The translations under genes were made by a program, and so were the position numbers. Below the pieces are notes generated by a model that worked only from the letters and a program-made list of their open reading frames with translations, did no database searches and was not told the DNA's origin. DNA of 63,627 nucleotides, the filler included, from Licmophora abbreviata (lineage: Eukaryota): assembly GCA_900291995.1 (NCBI GenBank). It is 14 parts of 14 records of this genome, joined end to end, with 100 filler letters (N's around TTAATTAATTAA, not from the genome) between each part and the next. Parts side by side here need not be neighbours in the genome. Positions count along the whole stretch, not along the records: positions 25,245 to 31,723 come from OLMU01001134.1; positions 31,824 to 45,344 come from OLMU01001135.1; 12 more parts are not named here. The stretch is one strand, 5' to 3'. Within the stretch, counting starts at the first letter, position 1. Every line of letters starts with the position of its first letter. Shown one piece after another: positions 30,333 to 40,463 of this stretch.

Positions 30333-32015
30333 TCACAAGGACAGGCCAAGCTGTTCGAGAACGCCGGACAAACCTGTTTTGTCCAGTGCCCGTTCGATCA
30401 GCAGGTCCATCGGGAGGTAATAGGTGTGCAATAGGTAAAGAGTGAGCGGAATGCCTATGGCGACAAGCGCAATCGCAAGGCCAATCAGCGTTCGGCGCGC
30501 GACCCTCTGACGTTTCGTGCGGATATAGGGGATGGTCATGAACGGTGTGATACCAAGCCGGTTGGTCAGATCGGCGGGCCTGCGGATTGAGCTGTTCAAC
30601 AGTTCCAGCAAGGCCACGAGGCCTGCGCCCATGATGATCCCGCCGCCGATGCCCATGATCGCGATCTTGCGGCGATCGGGGGCAGTAGGCTCGCGCGGGG
30701 CTACGGCTTGTTCGATCACCGTGATGCGCTGTCCGCGCGATTGCGCCTCGATCTGATCGCCTGTGCGGGCGGCGGCCAGATCGGCCGTGGCCTGATTGTA
30801 CTGAACGCGCAGGTTCTCGTAATCGCGTTCCAGCGTGCCAAGGGTGATGGCATTTGCCGGGGTCGCTTCGAGAGACGCGTTGAGTTCGGTCAGATCCTCT
30901 TCGATCGTGGTGCGTTGTTCGATCAGGAACTCCATCTGACCTTCGATATCGGCAATCTGGATTTCATAAGGCGAGAGATCTTCGCTGCCCTGTCCCTCGG
31001 CGGCGCGCTGTTCGGCGACTTTGTTCTCAAGCACTTCGACGCGCCGTTGCAGGTTCTGGATGCGGGGGTTCTGCTCCGAATAGACCGTCAGCGCGGTGGT
31101 CAGATCGTCCTGAAGCTGGATCAGCCGGCGTTCTTCCGGCGTCATCTCCTCTTCGGACATGGTGATGCTGCCCGTGCGCTCGTACATTTCCGTCAGCCGG
31201 TCGCGGCGGTCCCGCAAGCTGCTCAGATCGCGTTCGATCTGCAGGATGCGTTCCTGCAAGGAAGCCTGACGGTTGCGACGGAAATCGACGCTTTCGGGCA
31301 GGGCATTCTGGTTTCTGAGCTTGAATTCCAGAATGCGCTGGCCCTGATCGGCCAATTCCTGATCCAGCCGGGCGACTTCCTGAACGAAGAATTCCAGAGT
31401 CTGGCCCGATGCGGCCTTGCGCATCGATACGTTCTCTTCAAGCACGCGGGTTACAAGCTCGTTGGTGACACGTGCCGAAAGCCCACCGCTCGAGGCCTCG
31501 AAGGACAGCGACACGAACGCGGCGGCGTCGCGACTGCGCGGCAGCCCCATCGATATCCGTTTGCGCATGTCTTCCACGATGGCATCCGGCGACATGCCGG
31601 GCCGGTCTGCATGGACGTTGAATTCGCGCGAGATATCCAGAAGATTGGCGCGCGTCAGCAGGCGCTGGCGGATGATCTGCAGAATTTCGGGGGCCGAAAC
31701 CTCGACCGTCGATGCTGCGAGATNNNNNNNNNNNNNNNNNNNNNNNNNNNNNNNNNNNNNNNNNNNNTTAATTAATTAANNNNNNNNNNNNNNNNNNNNN
31801 NNNNNNNNNNNNNNNNNNNNNNNCTCGACCGTCGATGCTGCGAGATTTCCGGGAATCTGCGGCGATTCCACCAGCAATTGCGCCTCAGCCTCGTAAACCG
31901 GGGGCAGGGTATAGGCCGTGGTCAGGCCGACGCCAGCAACCGCGACGAACACCAGAAGAAAATAGTGAATACGTCTCATGAACAGAGACAGGAAGAACTT
32001 CATATCATCAAGCAT
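30333..32015 (-). CDS. Polysaccharide co-polymerase, GumC/Wzc periplasmic half (519 aa once the 23-nt contig overlap is collapsed)
   Basis: N-terminal TM + LPPVYEAEAQLLVE, coiled coils, TVIEQAVAPREPTAPDR + TM; ATG overlaps the ATPase TGA (TGATG). Confidence 0.9.
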
Positions 32016-33184
32016 CAATCAAAATCATCCGTTTGCTCGAAAGCGCCCGCACCAAAAAAGGTGCCATCATCCAGAACCTGTTGGACCGTTCGATCCGTGA
32101 CGGTTCTTTGGTTGTTTGTAAAAGCATAGACCATGGAAAGATCGGCCAACTGGTTGACCAGCCTGGGGACGCCGCCGGTCTGTTCGTGGACCAGCTCGCA
32201 GGCGCGGCGGGTGAACAGGTTCTTGCGCGCGCCGGCCTTGATCAGACGATGCCCGATATAGGCTTGAACGGTGTCCACATCCATCGGCCCCAGATGAAAG
32301 CTCGAGGCCACGCGCTGGGCGAATTGCCTCAGGTCCGGTTTGCGGATGATGTCGCGCAACTCGGGCTGACCGACAAGGACCAGCTGCAACAGCTCGTCCT
32401 TGTTGGAATTGATGTTGGTGAACATCCGCAATTCTTCAAGCGACTCGCGGCTGAGGTTCTGGGCCTCGTCGAAGATCACCACCACCCGGTTGCCGCGGGC
32501 ATATTCGGTGATCAGGTATTTCTGGAACGCATCGAACAGATCCACATAGGTCGCGTTGGGACCGGCCGGCTGATCGAGAGACATCAACACCCACCGCAGC
32601 AATTCGCCGCGCGTGCCATGGGCGTTGGAGACAAGACCGACCTTGGTAAAGCTGTCGAGTGACTTCAGAAGGTGGTGCAGAAGCGTGGTCTTGCCCGACC
32701 CCACTTCGCCGGTAATCAGCGTGATCGGGGCGCGGGTCAGCAGGCCGTATTCCAGCATCGTGTAGGCCCGCCGGTGAGCGGGGGACCAGAAAATGAAATC
32801 AGGGTCCGGCACAAGGGAAAACGGGCGCGAGTGCAGGCCGAAATGCTCGGTGTAAATATCGAACGTATTATCGGAATTGCTCATATGAACATCGGCTCCA
32901 CCTTCACCCTTGTCTCTAGAAGACGCCTCATGCTGTCCAACATACCGATCAATGCGGCTCGACATATTTTCGGCGTTTGCCGTTTTGCCCGTCTGCGCCT
33001 TGTCTGTGGCCTGGGTTTCGCTCTGCGCTTCAGACGGAACAATCGGGTTGTCGAGAACAAGGACATTGCCTGTGGCCCCCGAGACATCGTCGGCGCCGCT
33101 GCGCGCACCGCGACGGTCGGACGCTGCTGGCGCTGCGCCGAACAATCTGAATCGGGGTGATTGGTTCATCCTGTCGAAACTCAT
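32015..33184 (-). CDS. ExeA/GspA-like AAA ATPase (exosortase-system associated)
   Basis: YTEHFGLHSRPFSLVPDPDF, TGEVGSGKTTL, IFDEAQNL, LVGQPEL, TGGVPRLVNQLAD. Confidence 0.9.
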   Translation of the reverse strand: MSFDRMNQSPRFRLFGAAPAASDRRGARSGADDVSGATGNVLVLDNPIVPSEAQSETQATDKAQTGKTANAENMSSRIDRYVGQHEASSRDKGEGGADVHMSNSDNTFDIYTEHFGLHSRPFSLVPDPDFIFWSPAHRRAYTMLEYGLLTRAPITLITGEVGSGKTTLLHHLLKSLDSFTKVGLVSNAHGTRGELLRWVLMSLDQPAGPNATYVDLFDAFQKYLITEYARGNRVVVIFDEAQNLSRESLEELRMFTNINSNKDELLQLVLVGQPELRDIIRKPDLRQFAQRVASSFHLGPMDVDTVQAYIGHRLIKAGARKNLFTRRACELVHEQTGGVPRLVNQLADLSMVYAFTNNQRTVTDRTVQQVLDDGTFFGAGAFEQTDDFD

Positions 33185-33713
33185 TCATTCGCCCCCCGGG
33201 TCCGTGCCGGGATATCCTCCCCGCACCCGATCACAAAGGCTCAGTTACTTTAACCAAACGTACCGGCACTAAAAATCAAACAATCCTGCCAAAAGCGTGC
33301 CCATACATGGCAGGCCCGTTAATACTTTGTAAACATCCACCTCACGACATTAGACACTTCGATTATGGCGTCGATTCGCCCGGATTGCGCAACCTTAGTG
33401 GCCACAAGTTGGGTCAATTTGGAAACAATCGGCAAAATGAGACAATATTCACCTCACAATGAAACACAATGTAGCAGCCTATGCTACGTTTTCCGGCGAG
33501 GCTCTCACCCGAGGGTTGTTAACGCTTTATTTACTGTTGTTGAAAACCGTGCTTGGAGTTAAGCTTTCGTTAGAGGCACCAGCAATTTTGATAGCTGGAC
33601 GATATAAAGTTTCGGCGCGTTATCACCGGACAATAATCTCATCGGAGCAGTCAGTTATTCTGGCCCGTGTTTTTAAGGGTCGTGTTTAAGTTTTTAAATT
33701 GGAGATATTTAAA

Positions 33714-34403
33714 GTGACTGTTCAAAATGAGAATTTTCTCCGTCGTGAAAGCGCGCCAATTGATTTACTCCGCTCCAGAGTTGGTACTCGCAAACACGGT
33801 CTCTATCGAAAAATAGGCAAGCGCGTTTTGGACGTGGTTCTTGTCATGTTGGCAGCGCCGATTGTGCTGCCGACCGTTCTGATCCTCGCGGCGTTTGTGT
33901 ACAGCGATGGATGCAATCCGTTTTTCCGGCAGAAGCGCGTTGGCCGCAATGGTCGCATTTTCACCATGTGGAAACTTCGGACAATGGTGCCGAACGCGGA
34001 TCAGAAACTGCAAGATCACCTGGATGCCTGTGAAAAGGCCCGCGAGGAATGGGAGGTCAAGCAGAAGCTGACCGAAGACCCGCGCATCACCACCTTTGGC
34101 CATGCCATTCGGAAAACGTCGATGGACGAGCTTCCGCAGCTTTGGAATGTCCTGAAGGGCGACATGAGCCTTGTCGGCCCCCGTCCGATGATGCCGGAAC
34201 AGGCGACGCTGTATCCTGGGCGCGCGTATTTCTATCTGCGCCCCGGGGTGTCGGGCTTCTGGCAGATTTCGGATCGCAACAACACGTCTTTCGCGGCGCG
34301 TGCCGATTACGACGAGATGTATAACAGACGACTGTCTTTTTCGACGGATGCCTGGGTGATCCTCAAGACCCTGTCAGTCGTGATGCGAGGGACAGGTTGC
34401 TGA
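33714..34403 (+). CDS. Priming undecaprenyl-phosphate sugar transferase (Bac_transf, ExoY/WcaJ-like)
   Basis: KRVLDV, FFRQKRVG, KLRTM, DPRIT, RKTSMDELPQLWNVLKGDMSLVGPRP; GTG start after GGAG. Confidence 0.93.
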   Translation: MTVQNENFLRRESAPIDLLRSRVGTRKHGLYRKIGKRVLDVVLVMLAAPIVLPTVLILAAFVYSDGCNPFFRQKRVGRNGRIFTMWKLRTMVPNADQKLQDHLDACEKAREEWEVKQKLTEDPRITTFGHAIRKTSMDELPQLWNVLKGDMSLVGPRPMMPEQATLYPGRAYFYLRPGVSGFWQISDRNNTSFAARADYDEMYNRRLSFSTDAWVILKTLSVVMRGTGC

Positions 34404-34528
34404 TCGCAGCAGAAAACGAAGTTCCAAGGGGTCGAGGTCCGGGACACAAGGACAAGTTATGATACGATGAAATCACGCGATGACATTGTTCGTAAAAATT
34501 TGCCGAAAATGGTTTTGAAGGAACGGAA

Positions 34529-37006
34529 ATGAAGTTGTCCCGCAAGTCTGGCCGATTGGCCGCTTTTATGTTGTCTGCCACGCTTGTCCTTGCCGCCTGC
34601 CAAACCTCGGAAGAGAGGGCGCAGGAGCATTTCGAATCCGGTATGGGCCTTCTTGAACAGGGCGACGTGGCCCGCGCGCTGGTGGAATTCCGCAACGTCT
34701 TCAAGTTGGATCCGCTCCACAAGGAAGCGCGCCTGACCTATGCGCGCACCCAGCTTGAAAACGAGGCATATGGCGACGCCTATTCACAATATCTCAGGGT
34801 GGTTGAACAGTTCCCCGACACGTTCGAGGCCCGGATCGAGCTGGCCGAGATGGCCATCAACGCCCGCAATTGGGAAGAGGCCGAACGCCATGGCCGCGCC
34901 GCTGCCGAGCTGGATGCAGACAATCCGCGAACCCGGATCGTCATCACTGCCCTAGACTATGCCAAGGCGTTTCGGGACGACAACCCCGTGGCCGCCGCGG
35001 ATGAGGCCCTCAAGGCGCGCGACCTTCTGGAGGAAAATCCCGAAAGCCTGATCGCGCGTCAGTTGGTCATCGATCAATACCTGCGCAGCGGAGACCTGGA
35101 TGCGGCCATGGCGGCCGTGGAAACCGGGCTGGAGATGCACCCCGACGTGTTCGAGCTTCATTCGACCAAGCTTCAGATCCAGGCCAACCGCCAGGACATG
35201 GATGCCATCGGCGGCACGTTGCGGACGATGGTGGATCGCTTCCCGGCCAATGAAAATACCCGCCGGATGCTGATCGCCTATTATATCGAGCGCGACGATC
35301 TGGACAGCGCCGAGGCTTATCTGCGCGAACTCGCCGCTGCGGAAAATGCCGGCAAGGACGAAAAACTGACCGTGGTGCGTTTCCTGCGTGAAACAAAGGG
35401 GCTTGGGGCCGCGCGGACAGAACTCGAGCAGCTGGTCGACACCGAAGAAGACGACATTGCCTATCGTGCCTTGCTGGCCTCGATCGCATTCGAAGAGGGT
35501 GATCGGGCAAAAGCGATTTCCGACATGGAAGCGCTGCTAGATGCGACAGCAGTCGCCGACGAGGCCGAGGCCGAAGACGCCGCCGAAAGCGAGACCAAAC
35601 AGGATCGGCTGAGGGCGCGGGTGGTTCTTGCGCGCATGTTGCTGGAAACCGGCAACACGGTGGGCGCACGTGCGCAGGTCGAGGAAATTCTTCAGGATGA
35701 CCCGACCAGTGTCGATGCGCTCAAGATGCGTGCCTCATGGCTGATCGATGAAGACAAGCCCGACGATGCGATCCTCGATCTGCGCACCGCGCTGGCCGAA
35801 CAGCCGCGTGATGCCGATATCATGACCCTGATGGCCAGTGCGCATGAGCGGGCGGGATCGCGCGATCTGGCGGGTGAGCGCTATGCCATGGCCGTCGAAG
35901 TGTCGATGCAGGCTCCCGCCGAGTCGCTGCGCTATGCCCAGTATCTCGTTCAGGAAGATCGTGTCCCGGCAGCCAAGGCCGTGCTGACCGAGGCGTTGAA
36001 CAGGGCGCAGAACAATATCGACCTTCTGCAGAACCTTGCGATCCTGCATATCCAGACCGAGGACTGGAACGAGGTCACGCGTCTTGTCTGGCGCCTGCGC
36101 GCTTTGGAAAACGAGCGCGCCACCGCCATCGCCAACGGGCTTGAAGCGGATGTGATGCTGCGCCAGGAACGCGTGGATGACACGATCCAGTTCCTCGAAG
36201 GTCTGGCGCAGGAGGATGGCTCATCCTCGGAAGCGGCCCTCGCAGCACTGGTTCAGACACGGGTTCGCGCCGGGCAGATCGATGACGCGCGCGGTCTCGT
36301 GGAACGGCGGTTGGCCGAAAATCCCGACAGCCGGATCCTGCGCTATCTGCGTGCCGGTCTGCACATGCTCGATGGGGATCGCGACGCGGCGGCGGAGATC
36401 TATTCGGCCCTTCTCGACGAGGTGCCTGGACATCCCCGCGTGATGCGTACGCTGTTCGCGATCCTGATGGCCGAGGGTCGTCAGGACGAGGCGCGCGCCA
36501 TGGTCGACACGCAGATCGAAGCCGCGCCCGAGCCGATCGCCGCCTTGCTGCTCAAGGCCGAAATCCTTGAGCGTGACAGGGATTTCGAGGGCGCCATCGG
36601 GATATATGAAGACCTCTATGCGCAAAACAGCAGCAACCTTCTCGTCGCCAACAACCTCGCCAGCCTGATCACCACACATCGCGACAGCGCCGAGGATCTG
36701 GACCGCGCCTACAGCATCGCTCGCCGCCTGAGCAGCGCCGAGATCCCGGCCCTTCAAGACACCTATGGCTGGATCGCATATCGCCGCGGCAATTACGAAG
36801 AGGCGCTCGAACATCTCGAACCCGCCGCCCAAGGCCTGCCGGAACATGCGCTGGTGCAGTATCACCTGGGCATGACCTATCATGCGCTCAACCGCACCTC
36901 CGAGGCCCGCGCAACCCTGACCCGTGCTCTGGAACTGGCAGGCGACGAACCCCTGCCGCAATTCGACCGGGCGCGGGAGGTTCTGGAGGGGATGGGGAAT
37001 GAGTGA
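34529..37006 (+). CDS. TPR-repeat lipoprotein, PrsT-like
   Basis: Lipobox LAAC; ARALVEFRNV; many TPRs; C-terminal NNLA...DTYGWIAYRRG...YHLGM. Confidence 0.85.
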   Translation: MKLSRKSGRLAAFMLSATLVLAACQTSEERAQEHFESGMGLLEQGDVARALVEFRNVFKLDPLHKEARLTYARTQLENEAYGDAYSQYLRVVEQFPDTFEARIELAEMAINARNWEEAERHGRAAAELDADNPRTRIVITALDYAKAFRDDNPVAAADEALKARDLLEENPESLIARQLVIDQYLRSGDLDAAMAAVETGLEMHPDVFELHSTKLQIQANRQDMDAIGGTLRTMVDRFPANENTRRMLIAYYIERDDLDSAEAYLRELAAAENAGKDEKLTVVRFLRETKGLGAARTELEQLVDTEEDDIAYRALLASIAFEEGDRAKAISDMEALLDATAVADEAEAEDAAESETKQDRLRARVVLARMLLETGNTVGARAQVEEILQDDPTSVDALKMRASWLIDEDKPDDAILDLRTALAEQPRDADIMTLMASAHERAGSRDLAGERYAMAVEVSMQAPAESLRYAQYLVQEDRVPAAKAVLTEALNRAQNNIDLLQNLAILHIQTEDWNEVTRLVWRLRALENERATAIANGLEADVMLRQERVDDTIQFLEGLAQEDGSSSEAALAALVQTRVRAGQIDDARGLVERRLAENPDSRILRYLRAGLHMLDGDRDAAAEIYSALLDEVPGHPRVMRTLFAILMAEGRQDEARAMVDTQIEAAPEPIAALLLKAEILERDRDFEGAIGIYEDLYAQNSSNLLVANNLASLITTHRDSAEDLDRAYSIARRLSSAEIPALQDTYGWIAYRRGNYEEALEHLEPAAQGLPEHALVQYHLGMTYHALNRTSEARATLTRALELAGDEPLPQFDRAREVLEGMGNE

Positions 37007-37063
37007 TGGTTTCGGGCGGAGCTTGATTGAAGCCTCTTACCCTTAGGTTGGAGGTGGTAATTC

Positions 37064-38317
37064 ATGGCGCCGCAATTTTCCAAGAAGATACTGATTTGCG
37101 CGCCGAACGCCACGGCGCGCTTTGGTGGCGAGGCGATCCTGCCGCTCAAATATTTCGAACTGCTGCGAAAGCGGGGCGTGGACGTAAGGCTGATCGCACA
37201 TGCCCGAAACCAGCGTGATCTTGAGGAGCGCGTTGGCGAGGATGCCGACCGGATCATGTATGTGCCTGATAGCAAATGGCACCGGATGGTTTGGAAAGTC
37301 GGCAAGCCATTTCCACACGCGATCCAGGATGCCGTTTTTGGCTCGATGATGGCTTGGATCGACCAACGCTATCAGACGAAATTTATCCGTGAGTGTGTCA
37401 GGGCAGGCTTGGTGGACATCATACATCAACCGATCCCAGTGTCGCCTTTGGCGCCATCCTGGATTTATGGATTTGGAGTGCCCGTTGTGATTGGTCCGAT
37501 GAACGGTGGCATGAATTTCCCTAAGGGATACGAAGAGTACGAAAGCCTTTTTGCCCGAAACTTCGTGTTTGGCGCGCGTCTGGTCGCCTTGGCGTTGAAT
37601 AGGGTCATTCCCGGAAAGAAGCATGCAGCTGCGTTGCTGGTCGCCAATGAAAGAACGCGGAGGGCACTGCCGTTCCCCAATCATCCGAACATTGTCCAAC
37701 TGGTCGAGAACGGCGTCGATCTTGATCTTTGGCAGCCCTCGGAGAGGGTGATAAGAAACCCTAATGAGCCCTTCCGGTTGGTCTTCGTTGGACGCTTGGT
37801 TGATCTCAAGGCGCTTGATCTTACTCTGTCAGCCGTTGCCCAAGCGCAGGGGCGCGGTGTCGATGTCAATCTGGATATTGTTGGCGATGGACCGGAATTG
37901 ACTCGGTTACGTGGTTTGAGCAAGGAGCTTGGTATTGACGACCGTATCGAGTTTCGTGGCTTTTTGCCTCAAAGCCAATGCGCGGAGATTTTGAAAGAAT
38001 CCGATGCACTTATACTGAACTGTGTTCGAGAATGCGGCGGAGCCGTGGTGCTTGAGGCAATGAGCGCGGGCCTGCCGGTCATAGGTCCGGATTGGGGCGG
38101 GCCCGCAGATTACATCAATGAAGAGTGCGGTATTCTGGTACACCCGGAACCCAAAGACACTTACGCGGCACGTATTTGCGACGCGATTGTCGAGTTGGCC
38201 ACAAATCCGGGCAAATGCAGTGAAATGGGCACGCAGGGGCGTCGCAGGATTATCAACGACTTCGACTGGGAGAAAAAAATTGATAGGATGATGGACGTTT
38301 ACAGAAACGTCCAATGA
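37064..38317 (+). CDS. Glycosyltransferase family 4
   Basis: ENGVD, FVGRLVDLK, ECGGAVVLEAMSAGLPVI (EX7E). Confidence 0.9.
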   Translation: MAPQFSKKILICAPNATARFGGEAILPLKYFELLRKRGVDVRLIAHARNQRDLEERVGEDADRIMYVPDSKWHRMVWKVGKPFPHAIQDAVFGSMMAWIDQRYQTKFIRECVRAGLVDIIHQPIPVSPLAPSWIYGFGVPVVIGPMNGGMNFPKGYEEYESLFARNFVFGARLVALALNRVIPGKKHAAALLVANERTRRALPFPNHPNIVQLVENGVDLDLWQPSERVIRNPNEPFRLVFVGRLVDLKALDLTLSAVAQAQGRGVDVNLDIVGDGPELTRLRGLSKELGIDDRIEFRGFLPQSQCAEILKESDALILNCVRECGGAVVLEAMSAGLPVIGPDWGGPADYINEECGILVHPEPKDTYAARICDAIVELATNPGKCSEMGTQGRRRIINDFDWEKKIDRMMDVYRNVQ

Positions 38318-38401
38318 CACCTCCCTGTTGGTCCGCTTAGAGCGGCGTCAAAGCTTCTCCGCGCCAAAATACGGTTCTGAGCACGTGGCGACCAGCAAAT
38401 C

Positions 38402-40207
38402 TCATGCGCTGGAGGCCATGTCGCGGAACATTTCGCTACTATTCACAAGCTCGTCGAATGTTCCGGAGGCCACAGTTTTCCCATGCTCAAGCAGGAAAAT
38501 TCTGTCACAGTTCCTGACAGTGCTCAGCCTGTGCGCGATCATGATGACCGTCTTTTGGTGTCCGATGTTATGGATGGCCTCAACCACAGCGCGCTCGGTG
38601 AGATTGTCCAAAGCGGATGTGGCTTCGTCAAACACGAGGACATCGGGATCATGATAGAGCGCTCTCGCAATGCCGATACGCTGCCTTTGTCCACCTGACA
38701 GCCGGACACCGCGCTCCCCCACCTTCGTATGGTAGCCGTCTTTCAGTTCATTTACCACGAAACCATGCAGAGCTGCGGTTTTCGCGGCGCGTTCAACTGC
38801 TGCCATGTCGATTTTGTCAGGATCGATCCCGAAGGCGATGTTTTCGGCGAGCGTGCTGTCGGTCAGGTAGATCGATTGAGGCACATAGCCAAGGGCGTTG
38901 CGCCAGGCCTGCATGTTGTCGCGGTTTATGGCCGTGTCATCCACAATGATCTCGCCGCGTTCCAGTGTCAGCAGGCCGAGGATGGCATCCACAACTGTGG
39001 TTTTGCCCGCGCCTGTGCCACCAACGATGCCGATGGTCGTCCTCGCCGGGATGACCATGTCGAGACCACGAAGCGCGGCTTTGTTGGTATTCGGATACGC
39101 GAAAGTCGCATCTCGAATCTGCAGTTTGTCTTGAAGCTGCAGACGTTGGCCCCCACACGCGCCAAGGCTGGTTTCGGCAATGCGCTTTTGAGCGTCCCAA
39201 TAGTCGTTGAAAATGTCATCGAGTAAAGGCGCGCCGTTCCGGATGGATGCAGCGCTGTGATAGACGTTTTGAGCGGCTGGCAAGAGCCGCATGACGGCAA
39301 ACGCGAAGGTGCCGAGAACCGGAATGGCGGCAGTAAGGTCCCCATCGTTTTGAATTTGCAGAAACAGGATCGCCCCGAGCATGACGCCAAAAGTGAGCGC
39401 CTCCAGTCCGAACCGTGGCAGATCGCGAAACATCTGAACTATTGCAGTCAGGGCCGCGATCCGTCGCGCCGGCGTCACGAACCGATCGACGTAGTGTTTC
39501 TCCATTCCAAGAAGTTTCACCTCTTTAAACCCGCCAGCGGCTTCCTGGGTAAGGCGAAACCGCAAGGCATTTGCGTCCATCAGGTCTCGACCGTATTTTG
39601 ACAGAAGCTGTCGAAGCGTGAGGTAGATCAACGTATACCCTCCGCCGATGATGACCGCAGCCGTTGTGGCGATGACCGGCTCGATCAAAACAAGCAAGAT
39701 CAACAGCGACAAGGCCATCAGGGCATTCGCCATGAGGCTCAAGGACGGGATCAGAACACTGGTGACGAGGCGTCCGACCTCTTGCAGAACGGATTTGCTG
39801 ATTTCCGAACTATTGCGTTCAAGAAACCAGACATAGGGTTGTTTCAGGTAGGCTTCCAGCAATCTGCTGGATAGCGTATAGCCACGCATCGCCGAGTACC
39901 TGACGATCGCGTAACTCCCGAGCGCCTTGATGGCGAGGCTGGTCAAGATGGCAAAGAAAACCGCTATAGTCAGGAAAAACTGGAAATTCCCGTCAGACGT
40001 AAATCCGAACGTTTGATACAGCCACTGAAGCGGAGCCTGCTTTTGGATCATGCTTGGATCGGCAAGTACGTTCAAGAGAACCAATACTGTTGAAACGCCG
40101 ATGACCTCGGCGGCGCTCATCACAATCATGATGATCAAAAGCACGTAGAAACGGCGCCGTTCCCGTTCGCTGAGAAGCGAAAACATCTTCTTGAAAACAT
40201 CCAGCAT
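38402..40207 (-). CDS. ABC transporter permease/ATPase, PglK/MsbA-like glycan flippase
   Basis: TM domain (YLKQPYVWFLERNSS, GGFKEVKL, MRLLPA) + [34 protein letters not shown]. Confidence 0.85.
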   Translation of the reverse strand: MLDVFKKMFSLLSERERRRFYVLLIIMIVMSAAEVIGVSTVLVLLNVLADPSMIQKQAPLQWLYQTFGFTSDGNFQFFLTIAVFFAILTSLAIKALGSYAIVRYSAMRGYTLSSRLLEAYLKQPYVWFLERNSSEISKSVLQEVGRLVTSVLIPSLSLMANALMALSLLILLVLIEPVIATTAAVIIGGGYTLIYLTLRQLLSKYGRDLMDANALRFRLTQEAAGGFKEVKLLGMEKHYVDRFVTPARRIAALTAIVQMFRDLPRFGLEALTFGVMLGAILFLQIQNDGDLTAAIPVLGTFAFAVMRLLPAAQNVYHSAASIRNGAPLLDDIFNDYWDAQKRIAETSLGACGGQRLQLQDKLQIRDATFAYPNTNKAALRGLDMVIPARTTIGIVGGTGAGKTTVVDAILGLLTLERGEIIVDDTAINRDNMQAWRNALGYVPQSIYLTDSTLAENIAFGIDPDKIDMAAVERAAKTAALHGFVVNELKDGYHTKVGERGVRLSGGQRQRIGIARALYHDPDVLVFDEATSALDNLTERAVVEAIHNIGHQKTVIMIAHRLSTVRNCDRIFLLEHGKTVASGTFDELVNSSEMFRDMASSA

Positions 40208-40463
40208 GAATTCGGCCTGATTTAATACCTGACAGGACCATGCCTTTGTGGCGCGACAAGGACAAGGCGCCATTGTGACAACAAGTTGAAATCCGATTTC
40301 GGCTGCTTCTTTCGGCAGGCGGGATCACATATGCGGCCTTCACGCCTGCGCAGTGCCACAGTATAAGAGGTGTAAGGCCAAATTCCTCATAGCGTAAATC
40401 GATTTTCATCAGCATTGCTAAAGACCTCATTTTTCAACATTCATAGGCTACCATTCCGAACCC

